NCBI GenBank assembly: GCA_051362555.1
Contig: CM120646.1
Coordinates: forward strand, 18,352,001 to 18,416,000
Length of the DNA: 64,000 nucleotides
DNA from: Lingula anatina
Taxonomy: Eukaryota > Animalia > Brachiopoda
Reading direction: 5' to 3'
Positions 54,039-64,000 of the stretch are shown one piece after another. The position numbers and the translations under genes were made by a program. Position 1 is the stretch's first letter. Each line of letters begins with the position of its first letter. Below the pieces are notes generated by a model. It had not been told where the DNA came from and ran no database searches. It saw only the letters and a list, made by a program, of their open reading frames with translations.

Positions 54039-54555
54039 TAATCATTGCGCCTTGCAGATGATTTTTTTTTTTTTTTGTAATCATTGCGCCTTGCAGAAAA
54101 TCGACAAGTTTAGGGTTTGGGCCTGATGAAATCTGCCCTTGGATCGCACTTGGACATTATAAGAGATAATTTTATGTCCAAGGATCGCAAAATAGTAGAA
54201 GATAAAGATGATTAGATCCATAGCCTATACGGATGTACAAAAAGACCTGTGACTGTGCTGCAGGTTAAAAAAATGAAACACGGATTTCATTCATATTCTT
54301 ACACACCGTTCGCTTGTTTGCACAGATCAGTGTAGCGGTCCCTTCTCTTCCTGATATTAAGGACCATCGTCTTATAATTTACAGTGAGTTATCGTAAGAA
54401 GTCATAAATGGGCTATTCAAGACGTTAACATGATGTGGTATTGATCCTGACAGTGTCATGATCTTCTGTTCGTATGGTACTGCGATCACAATGAACCTTA
54501 CCGTTGTCCTCAGTGCTCCTAGTGGTGCTTTCTCCCGAAGCACGTAGTCCTCCAT
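51242..54555 (-). CDS. Multi-exon coiled-coil protein (~431 aa); exons 54555-54502, 53924-53805, 53268-52693, 52141-51833, 51478-51242
   Basis: Five exons with GT-AG boundaries, all phase 0, join into one open frame: MEDYVLREKAPLGALRTT|SLHVKRMKRE...NLRERNKE|LRATVLDYQM...GLLKWKI|GLEKEKERL...LKLVEQQ|VVELGQC...KQGVL*. E/K/Q/L-rich heptad pattern throughout; no family recognised. Confidence 0.8.
53419..53644. mobile_element. Palindromic MITE in intron 2 of the coiled-coil gene
   Basis: Long imperfect inverted arms: TCTACCAGGGCCACAGATTGATTTT...ACTCTGGCTAATTCA versus TGAATAAGCCAGAGA...AAAATCAATTTATGGCCCTGGTAGA. Confidence 0.7.
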
Positions 54556-55051
54556 TTCTGCGTGAATTTCACTAAAAGAATCTAGCCTTGTTAACGGTAA
54601 TTAGCCAATTGACGCTGAAACACGACTGGGAACGTATTGGTTTTGGTTGGTGTCAAAACAACATATCCTGTGTATTTCTGTCGAATTTTATTTTGATACC
54701 TTGTAAGTCCACTAGGCCGCCAGCACTGCATAAAACACCATCTGTAGCCTGATGTGTCCATTTATGGCTTTGTTGCCAAATATGGAGTAGCCGTTGTTCG
54801 GATACTGTTGACCGTCTTTCTCTAAATGAAACTGTTAATAATCCAATTATTTAAAAAAGAATATAATGACAGATTAGGAGTCGCCAAAATTGCAGCCCGT
54901 ATACTATCAGGGTGTTTGTTAAGAAGACATAGCGTTAGCAAGAAACAACTGCACTGCACACAAAAGAAAACACGTCTCAACTTAGCGAGAAACAGGCGTG
55001 TTTTTCAGGCAAAATCGCTGACAGTAATAAGAGAACCGATTGCAATTGTTT

Positions 55052-55066
55052 GTTGCCAGCAGCAAC
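55052..55066. promoter_or_regulatory. RFX X-box-like motif ~500 bp upstream of the coiled-coil gene ATG
   Basis: GTTGCC-AGC-AGCAAC matches GTNRCC-N(0-3)-RGYAAC; motif match only. Confidence 0.35.
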
Positions 55067-56466
55067 AAATGCAATACATTTGTGGGGCCATGCAGCCAAC
55101 ATTTCACTATGCGACTTATTAAATACTCAACCTATCAGTAAACGCATATACGATATTCCTTTCACAAGTAATTTTGATTGTCTTCATCCATTGGACATTT
55201 GAAATTTTAACTCGAAAGCTTATATCGATTCCATCAAGATATCTCCCAGCATTTTTTATATCTTTTTCACTGGTTATGTAAACCACTCATTGAATGCCCC
55301 GTCCGTCTTTAGCGAAGCACGTGAAAACAAATCCCCAGGGATGAAGAATCAATAAAAAGTAATTTCTACACAAACTTCATGGAATTTCGTCACGCAATCA
55401 CGTGATTAGGCTTTCCACCTTGCACACCATTCACGGACGCTAACCTACACCCGTAATTACTGCATCAATATAGTTAATTAATTAAGGGTGCTATAGGCGC
55501 GGATTTAGTTGATGGTTAACTTACATGCGAAATAATGTTTTTAGTTGCTCTGAAAAGAAACAGCATGTATTTAACATGGGCTGTGTGTTGGGAGATTTGT
55601 TTCAAGGTTCTGAGATACTTTAGGAAGTGGCAAATGATTATACCCGTAGAAAAAAGTAGTTCTTTGTATATGGGTAAATATATAATTTTGATAGCTAAGA
55701 TTGGAGTTTTTTTTTTTCATGAATCATTATTATCATTATTAAATACGAGCCAAACTAATATATTTCTATAATCTGCTATTCCTACTGCGTATTAATACGG
55801 GAGTAATAATCTCGATAATCTCCGGCACCTGTGGTGTACAGTTTATAATGCCATGCCCGTAGCAACTATATTTACAATCGGGCTAAGAAATCGCGGTTTC
55901 TGTAATTAATTCGGATGTCACAACAACAACAACAACAACAAAAAAAAATCCAATCGCGCCTCCAATCACGAACGTCAATTTCGGTAATTAAGAAGAATAT
56001 GTATAGTTTTACATCCATAGTTGATTTAAATCAACGCCTGCATCTGATAGAAAGAGCACGTTGAGTGATCTGAGTCACGGAGGACGAAATTCACGTTCTC
56101 ACAGTGTGTTCACATTAATAAGAAGAAATTAGATTACTTGTAGGCAGTTCAAACCCACTAGTTTATGTTTATTGTTGCAAAGGAAAAACGTAAATCTTAT
56201 GGCATGTATAATTAGAGTCCAGTGTCATTGCGCCTAAAACCTGCCTTCTACGATATGTTTTTAGAGTAGTGAAGTGATGCATTTAAATCCAAATCGCAAA
56301 GTTTTCAGGTTTCTAATTAAATTAATAACGCATTTAAATACTTGCGAAGAACGTCCCAGTATTGGTCTGTTTCGTGCAGTAAAAGTTTCAAGACCATTTC
56401 CCTAGAGCAATTTTACGGCGCACATACTGATCAAATTGCAACGCCTTCCGTTTTGGTCAGTCTTGC

Positions 56467-56750
56467 CTTTTTATGTACAGACACAGATGTGTCTGTACAT
56501 ATAGCCATCATCTGCGTCTGTCGTCGTCGCCGTCGTCGCCGTCGTGCACTTTCACCGATAACACGATAAGTGAAGAACCGTTTTTTCTTTTGGCTTGAAA
56601 CCTGCAGAACTGATGAATATTCATAATACGCAGGTCGAGTTCGAAAATCAGCATGATCGGGTGACTTGTTTAGTATATGGGACGAATGTCACCTGTACTA
56701 TAGGTAAGTAGTTTCGAACGGACTACGGTTCCTAGCGGAGTACTGTGCCT
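56467..56750 (+). mobile_element. Possible Helentron-associated (HINE/DINE-1-like) non-autonomous element; right end uncertain
   Basis: T-run start TTTTTATG, hairpin TGTACAGACAC-AGAT-GTGTCTGTACA, then a (GTC)n-type microsatellite; this order is typical of DINE-1/HINE elements. Confidence 0.45.
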
Positions 56751-56833
56751 GTCACACCGAGATAGGACAGCTGCGTAATGCGCTTTGAATGTGGTAGTTG
56801 TGAGATAACATTGCATTGCCAGGAATGTCTGGT

Positions 56834-56865
56834 CAGGGAATTATATATTCCGATATAATTCCCTG
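56834..56865. mobile_element. 32-bp palindromic insertion with 7-bp target-site duplication
   Basis: GTCTGGT|CAGGGAATTATAT-ATTCCG-ATATAATTCCCTG|GTCTGGT: perfect 13-bp inverted repeats and a perfect 7-bp flanking direct repeat. Confidence 0.7.
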
Positions 56866-57583
56866 GTCTGGTTACCCATCCTACTTGACACAAACGAGAC
56901 ACTGATCAAGCATGATACTAAAAATCTCGTATCATTCACAATGGCGAGACACCATTTATAAAAACTCACTAATTAAACAAAGGCGAAACACCTTTGATAA
57001 GGAATTAGACAACCAAACCTACATTTAAAGAATTTCTGCTTCAACGTCGGGCTTGGTTCAGGCATCGACGATCATGGTTCTCCAGTTAACTCTTTTTTTT
57101 TCAGTCAACTGGATAAACTCGTTGTTGGACTATAGGCAAGGAATTATATATCTAAGCCTACTAAGTCAACATTTGAAGAGCACACTTAAAATATATCCAA
57201 GCAAAGATCTTTTTTTTTCTTTGTGATGCGTTATTATAGAATATACAGGGTATGTACATGTGTGTCAATAAAAAGTAAGACTAGACCTGCGTCTCCAGTA
57301 AATCGGTTTGGGCGTCTGTTTTCCATCGTGACCCACTTTCTTCGACATATTTATTTATAGTTTGTATAAGAAAAGAAGTAATATTCGCTTTGTATGCTAC
57401 AACGTGTTTATTGTGGTCAAACGGGGTACTTGGTATAATTTGTGTAAAGCGTGTGGCAAGAGTTCAGTAAACCGGTATAGTCTGTGTGTAGGCGTGTATT
57501 GCGACATCGAATCCGGGTTGAGTTTATATGTTTATGTTACAACGACGATACAACACTGCAAGTGGGTTCTACTCAGGTCAGTA

Positions 57584-57598
57584 TGTGTGTGTGTGTGC

Positions 57599-57644
<46 letters not shown>
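57584..57644. repeat. Compound (GT)n(GA)n microsatellite
   Basis: Direct reading. Confidence 0.95.
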
Positions 57645-57649
<5 letters not shown>

Positions 57650-58708
57650 GAAAGTGAGAAAGAGGGATGCACAGGCACAGAGAGGGAGAGAGAATGTTTG
57701 CGCATGGGAATACTAGTTGGGAAGGAATGCATGTATCATGAAGTATTTTACTGCCATGTTAGAATACTAGTGCGGTTGTTTTATGGAATGAGAAAATAGG
57801 TGTGTATAACAGTACTAGTCGAAAAAAGTTATTGCTTTCAATATATGGTAATACATTTTACAGACTAGGGCGGATTTTGCCATATCACACACACAAACAA
57901 TATGTGCGTAATTTAGGTATTTGGGGCTGTGGGATACACACGTATATTCCTACACAAATTATATGGAAAAAAAAACTTGAGACGCTCAGTAACTGTGTAA
58001 GCCGCTTTTCACATTTTAGCTGCATAAACCTGACCCAGATATTGGATGTAATATAAGCAGCATCAAGCGGGAATCGCCGGAAAACCCATGTTGCTGCTAG
58101 GTGGTTGTACAGCTAATGATAGGCTGCATTTTGTTTTGTTAGCAGACAGTCGCTGTTGACCGGTTTACCTCCATACTATACAGTTACACGCACTGGGCAG
58201 TTACACGCACTGGAACATTTGATTTAACAGAATAGGCGTACTAGGGTAGGTTCAGCTTTCTCTCTCTCCCATCTCTCTCTCTTCCTCTCTCTCTGATCTG
58301 TCTTTGTCTCGCGCAAGCGCCAGCGACTCCCGCGTTTAGTGCTCTGATACAGTAACATAATATAGAAGAGTCTTGTTAATAATTATTATTTATTATGTAT
58401 TGCTACGATCGACGTAGTAGTAGTAGTAGTAGGATATAGTAACACATGTAGCAGCAGCAGTTATAATAGCAGTTGTAGGGCAAGACTATCCCCATAAATA
58501 TGGTCATATGGCGATTTAGCGTGTGATACTGTATAAAAAGGCACTGGAAGTTGGAGTGTCACCTTTCATCTATATTATTTGCACGGTGCATAATAGTGGA
58601 GCTTTGGGCATTACTGTCTTATACATGTACAAGTATATACTGTAGAACAACAGCTGTTCTGTAGCTAGGCTCTTTTTCACATTTAGCCGTACATTTAACA
58701 ACAACATC

Positions 58709-58765
<57 letters not shown>
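58709..58765. repeat. (TAA)n microsatellite
   Basis: Direct reading. Confidence 0.95.
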
Positions 58766-58767
<2 letters not shown>

Positions 58768-59003
58768 ATCCAGCTAGTATATATTGAAAGCCCGGCTATT
58801 ACGTAAGGCTATTACATAAGATAGTCACCTAAATGGAGACTTAACTGCGAAGTTGTGGAGAAATTGTGAAAGAGGGGTCAAATAACCTGTATCGTAAGTA
58901 CAGGCCAGGACCTCGAAAAGAGCACTAATACAGCCGGTATCGCTTAAATATACCGCTCCATATTAAAATGGTCTTTAAGTTTGTGGAAATTCTTGGTTCG
59001 TAA

Positions 59004-59634
59004 GGGTGCATTCCCAGAGATTTAGATCGATCCAGAGATTTAGATTTAGATCGACCTAACTCCCTGGGGATTCACGCTAAATTGCAGTCAGCCGAGCGCG
59101 CACCATAGTTAATTACCCCCTTACAGCTTTTAGTAGGCGGGACAGACATTTAAGGCCCCTATTTCACACAAACCACGAATCCCACGAATCGCCAGGAATT
59201 GACAAATTTCGGGATTCGTGAGGATTCGTGAGATTTTGCCAATTTTCTGGTCTAATTCTACACGCTCACGATTCAGTTACGATACAGGTACGATAGTGTT
59301 ACGAATATTCGTGGGATTCGGCTGGAATCTTGAGATTTTCAATTCCTGGCGATTCGTGGGATTCGTGGTCTGTGTGAAATAGGTTCATCAAAGTTTTTGC
59401 TACCAATTCCTGTTGGTCAAGAAGTGCAAGAACTGACTACGAATATATACGAATCTGTTAAGAACTTCACGAACTGATTACGATTCAACCACGAAACGTG
59501 AAATTTGTCAATTCATAGCCATTCGTGGGATTCGTTGTCTGTGTGAAATAGGGGCTTAAGCCGGCTAAGCTGACAGTAATCTAGTGAGACTCCCCACAGG
59601 GATAGATCGATCTAAGATTTATGGGAATGGGGTC
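59004..59634. mobile_element. Older Harbinger-like MITE interrupted by a nested insertion
   Basis: TAA|GGGTGCATTCCCAGAGATTTAGATCGATC ... GATCGATCTAAGATTTATGGGAATGGGGTC|TAA; inner arms GGGGATTCACGCTAAATTGCAGTCAGC and GCTGACAGTAATCTAGTGAGACTCCCC also pair. Confidence 0.6.
59154..59556. mobile_element. Harbinger-like MITE nested in 59004-59634
   Basis: TAA|GGCCCCTATTTCACACAAACCACGAATCCCACGAAT ... ATTCGTGGGATTCGTTGTCTGTGTGAAATAGGGGCT|TAA; many internal ACGAAT/ATTCGT motifs. Confidence 0.8.
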
Positions 59635-60457
59635 TAAGTTCGAGGCTCATCTTTCATCCACATTTTGGAACTGACGGAAGCCCGAGGCATTATCGTCCCC
59701 TATATAAAACAACGTACACGTGTTCTGCAATAAGGCTCGAATATGAAGATCACATTGCCCAGCATGCTGTTAGCAAAAGCTGAAGTGAAGTTTCCTAATT
59801 TTTTCTCCTCTGCTAACGTTTTGAATGCTGGTTAAAATGTATGGGAATACCTTGCGCAATGTCTTGGGTTGTCTTTTGGGGGCTGTGCCCTTATGTCATA
59901 TTGAGATATATTCGGTAATTCATCCTTTATATTATCTAGATTTTAACAGAGGTTAATTGACTTTTTGACAAGAGACCCGCGCACTTGAACTACAGCTGTA
60001 GGGTTAAGACATGTGACGGATAAGATTCTGATAAATATAATATTTTCTATATAAAAATCTTCTGAAAACTTTTTTCATTTGTTAGCATTTTTGTTATGTT
60101 CTATGCTTATTTGAATGTAGATACGTTCATTTACTAAGCAGACTATAGAGAACTTAATTTAACTAATATCCGGAGATATGGAAATATTAATTGATGATTT
60201 GTTATTCACATTAAACCCATAGAAAAAAAATTACCACGAGCTGAAAACATTCATCGATGTAATATTCCTATCTGAACGTCGAAATGCTGTGAATCAGCGG
60301 TTCAGTAAAATTACGTTCGCCCTGCAAAATTGACAGCAATCCAAAAAATGTGCAGATCTCCATCGGTATGTCGAAAATGTCCACTAAGGTCGTTCAATTG
60401 TGTTTCTAATGCAGCCAGTCTTGAGGTTGTAGGCCTAACACATATTTGTACCCCAGT

Positions 60458-60461
60458 AAAA

Positions 60462-60504
<43 letters not shown>

Positions 60505-60505
60505 A
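60458..60505. repeat. (TAAA)n microsatellite
   Basis: Direct reading. Confidence 0.9.
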
Positions 60506-60807
60506 AACGAACTGAATGAATAAATACAAATTAAAATGAAATTTGACATTATGAAAATACGTGAGTGAGATAGCTATAGGATAAACTAGCCCTTGGGAGG
60601 AATAGTCGCTCGGCACGTGTAGTAACTATATAATATAAATCTACGTTGAGCCAATATGGCTCCCAAGCTGCAACCACGTCAAAGCCACCTGTAACAATGC
60701 AGAACAGCGTCGGCAACGTGCTCGCAACGTACTGTGATTGTTGGGATAAAATGAGGAATTATCTAATTTTGGTTTTGTTTTTCAGTTCCTTGATTATCAT
60801 CGGAGCA

Positions 60808-61415
60808 ATGGCAGAGTTTACGACATACTGGAACCCCGCTCAGTTGGCGCTGGTGTGTTTTTATGTATTCGGATACTACAATCTGGCCGTTGCACCATAT
60901 ATCATCTACAGACATGCATGTAAGTAAACTATTCAGCTATTATGACTAGTTTCACAAACTACTGAAGTCGATAAGTCTCTTCTTTACAACTTTAATTTTG
61001 GCCTCAGACTATGGATGGTAAAGCTGGAACCGTCTTTAATGATTTGTGAAAACCAAAAGCCATTTTAAGTGGAAAAGAAAAGAAAGAAAAACAAGGAAAA
61101 TGTTTTCTTTTGAGTGGACCATTATTGGTTTATATAGCAAACTTGGACAATAATTTCAAGTTAGGGCCAACTTTGGACTTAATTTAGCCCTATTATATTG
61201 TAAACCCCATTCAGTTATTGAGGTGCTTTTATTAGACTGGATATTAATAAATGACGGAAATAATTTTACAATAGAACAGACATTACTAATGGAAAATATC
61301 GATTGAGAAAGTGATTTCCGGAGCCACTAAAGCTATTTGTTATATATGGAGGATGTTTTAAATAGTCATTCTACTAAGAATCCGTTGAATCTGTTCATAG
61401 ACATCAACTTCTTCT

Positions 61416-61470
<55 letters not shown>

Positions 61471-61694
61471 TTCGAACTGAAAAAATAGCATTGGCACGAA
61501 CCAAATTCCTATGTTTCAAAGAAATAATAGATTCTTAAATACTGAACTATATATTGGAGGAGGCAGTGAGAACCTTTTCAACAATTGGACATTATATACA
61601 TTTATAAGTAAACAGACGAAAACCTTAATGAATACTTTTTTGTTATGCAAGGATGAATGGCAATCAAACACACACACACTCGCACATGCGGGTG

Positions 61695-61725
<31 letters not shown>

Positions 61726-63595
61726 TTTATTCCTGCTGGTTTATTGTGGGGGTCAAGATGGCATGTTTTTCTTTTTAATATTTAGAGTGGATAAAACACA
61801 CTGTGGTTCTCACCATAATGAATACTGACTTACAAGATGTACATTTCAGCTGTCATGTTCTGGGTTGCCTTCGCCTTGTTTCTGTGGTTCGTGCTGATCC
61901 CTGTCATGATGTTACTGATGAACATGGGCGCCAAGACTGGACGCGGGATTGTGGGAATGATTTCTAAGGGGTTTCCTTTGATGAAAGGTAAGTCGGTCTT
62001 TTCGCTGAGTACCTGTACTGAGATGCAGCAATTATTATATTACGATCAAAGCAAGCCAGAAAGTGAAATTGATTCATGAACAGGCATGTGTATACTCTCT
62101 CTCTCTCTCTCTTACCCTCTCTCTCTATCTCATATGTTTCCGGTCTGTCATTGACTTTCTAGTCTATACTCTGTTCCATAGCACTTATACCATATATTCT
62201 TCTTTCTCGACACAAGGGGCTGGAATAGCGCTTCTTGTTCTGCAAGCTATTCAGAACTTAATAATGTCCTTGTTAAGTGGACACGCCCTGTTCTTCATGT
62301 TTGACTCCTTGTCGTCTCCTTACCCGTGGTCAACGTGTGACAACCCTTGGAATACGGAATGTTGTGGACAGCCAACTCCGCAACCCAACAGGTAAGTGAA
62401 TATCTGCAGCCAGCCAGGACCTACCCTAGGTTCTAGATTCCCGTATTGCCAGCTCGATCTTGATTTCATATATAACCCATATCAGCAATACCGGGTAGTA
62501 AGTAAAATTGACTCCAAGGTATATTTAATATTTACAAGCTAATTTTTACGTTGCTCTGACACTCAGGGTAGCCAGGACCCTAACTTTCGACCTTTATATA
62601 GCATACATGTTTAAATTCTGGTTTTCCTCACTTTAGGTTAAACAACGAGTTTAAGTTAAAAAAAAAAAAACGTTCACAGAGTTACGATACATTCGTTTGG
62701 TTTTGAGATGTAAGTTTCTAGTTTCTTAAAGAAGATAGTAAGGCCCTACCGGTTAATATCACTCGTGATGGAAAAATGTATTATTCTTGACTCGAATTAG
62801 GGTTTGCTGAGCCATTAAAGGAGCCCTTTACTAAGCCATTAAAGCATTTTTTGTCATATTTAAATATGCACATTGTAAGATTTTCCCGTCACAAACTCAT
62901 ACTTGACAAATTTTCCTGAGATAAACTGTAGTTTTCTCCGGCTAAACAAGCTTTGATACTTCTTTACTGACACTCGTCATAACTCTAACACTCCTTAAAA
63001 ATTAAAAAAGGTGTAACCCCAAGTGGGTTTTTCAAATTCCACCATGACTTCGAGAACGGACTTGCGTGTTGTGCGTTTCAACCTATGTCAAGATGGATGA
63101 CAAGTGGCTAGGTTCGCCAGGAGGTGATAAATTAGATCAATTTTGGCCACGTGATTCATGGTATTCGTCTGCTAAAAATGATCAAGAAATATAACTTGCC
63201 TCTAAGATATAATATGTTCCACAGAAAGTGGTTTTATATATTCAATGCGTGTTAAAAATCTTACACTTTGTCCCTTAAAGCGTTTAAAATTTTGATGGAA
63301 ATCATTTTTGTATCCGTGTCACACTATTAAAGTAAGCCCTTTGTACGAGTCAGTATATATTTAATTAAGTCATTAATTTGGTTTTCCAGGGACTTCAGTT
63401 CTGTAGATAGTTTCAACTTCACTACCGTGCACTGTAGTCCAGGCCAAGAATCAAGCATGTATTTCAGGTACGTCTTTCGAATTTACCAAAAATGACTATA
63501 TAAATATGTAGGTCTTGAGCAATTAAATTAAAAAATGGAGAAAATATATGAATTTCACAAAAAAAAAAAAAGAAAAAATTTACTGTGCACACTTA

Positions 63596-63645
<50 letters not shown>

Positions 63646-63831
63646 GACTTATATAATTTTGTCCCACTTTTTTGTTTAATTGCTCAAGATACATATACAT
63701 GTATTTGCAGTCATCGTATATTGCAAAGCAATAGTGATGGGGGTGTGCCATGGACGACGGCGTTACCGACACTAGGTGTCTGGGTGTGCGTTTTCTTTGG
63801 AAGCATGGGCGGAGCGGGAGTTTTTGGTGTG
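60808..63831 (+). CDS. Divergent SLC6 (neurotransmitter:sodium symporter family) transporter-like protein, 5' partial; exons 60808-60919, 61850-61987, 62217-62391, 63390-63467, 63711-63831
   Basis: GT-AG exons with compatible phases (1,1,2,2,0) splice into one frame covering TM1-TM4: ...FGYYNLAVAPYIIYRHA|SVMFWVAFALFLWFVLIPVMMLLMNMGAKTGRGIVGMISKGFPLMK|GAGIALL...HALFFMFDSLSSPYPWSTCDNPWNTECC...|...SMYF|SHRILQSNSDGGVPWTTALPTLGVWVCVFFGSMGGAGVFGV. PWxxCxNxWNT, PLxKGxG and the W..AL..L..W..VFF pattern are SLC6 hallmarks. Gene continues past the window; the start could be further upstream. Confidence 0.85.
61417..61465. repeat. (CT)n microsatellite
   Basis: Direct reading. Confidence 0.9.
62819..63274. 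mobile_element. Interspersed repeat flanked by TTAA (Kolobok-like?) in an SLC6 intron
   Basis: TTAA|AGGAGC...GTCCC|TTAA; shares blocks (CTCCG.CTAAACA..CTTTG, GTGGGTTTTTCAAATTCC, TTCG.CAGGAGG.GATAAAT, ATTCATGG.ATT..TCTG.TAAAA) with ~46480-46810. Confidence 0.5.
63598..63642. repeat. (TA)n microsatellite
   Basis: Direct reading. Confidence 0.95.
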
Positions 63832-64000
63832 GTAAGCGACACTCCATATTCCTGGGTTATTACGTCAATTATGGGTTTTACGGTTTAATCTGTTTTTAAA
63901 CGTGTAATCTTTTAGAACACGTTGAATGTCTATGCTTTTTTTTAGAAATTTTATTATGAGAAAATTTAGTTACAATTAGTAGTTAATTCTCAATACACTT

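Overview
AT-rich eukaryotic (invertebrate-like metazoan) genomic DNA with spliceosomal introns, microsatellites and many non-autonomous DNA transposons; nearly all short ORFs in the track are spurious. Positions 1 to ~44.4 kb form a CpG-depleted, strand-skewed block that looks like the long, methylated 5' intronic part of a minus-strand gene whose coding body lies mostly left of the window (only a few candidate small exons are visible). Right of ~44.4 kb CpGs return and the window contains a decayed Tc1 transposase, a 975-bp PIF/Harbinger-like element with promoter-like motifs, an intronless camello/NAT8-like GNAT acetyltransferase (48952-49683, -), a five-exon ~431-aa coiled-coil protein gene (51242-54555, -), nested MITEs, and the first five coding exons of a highly divergent SLC6/NSS-family transporter (60808 to beyond 63831, +) that has lost the canonical TM1/TM2/TM3 functional residues. 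No rRNA, tRNA or CRISPR array was found. All calls come from manual reading; no database searches were run.
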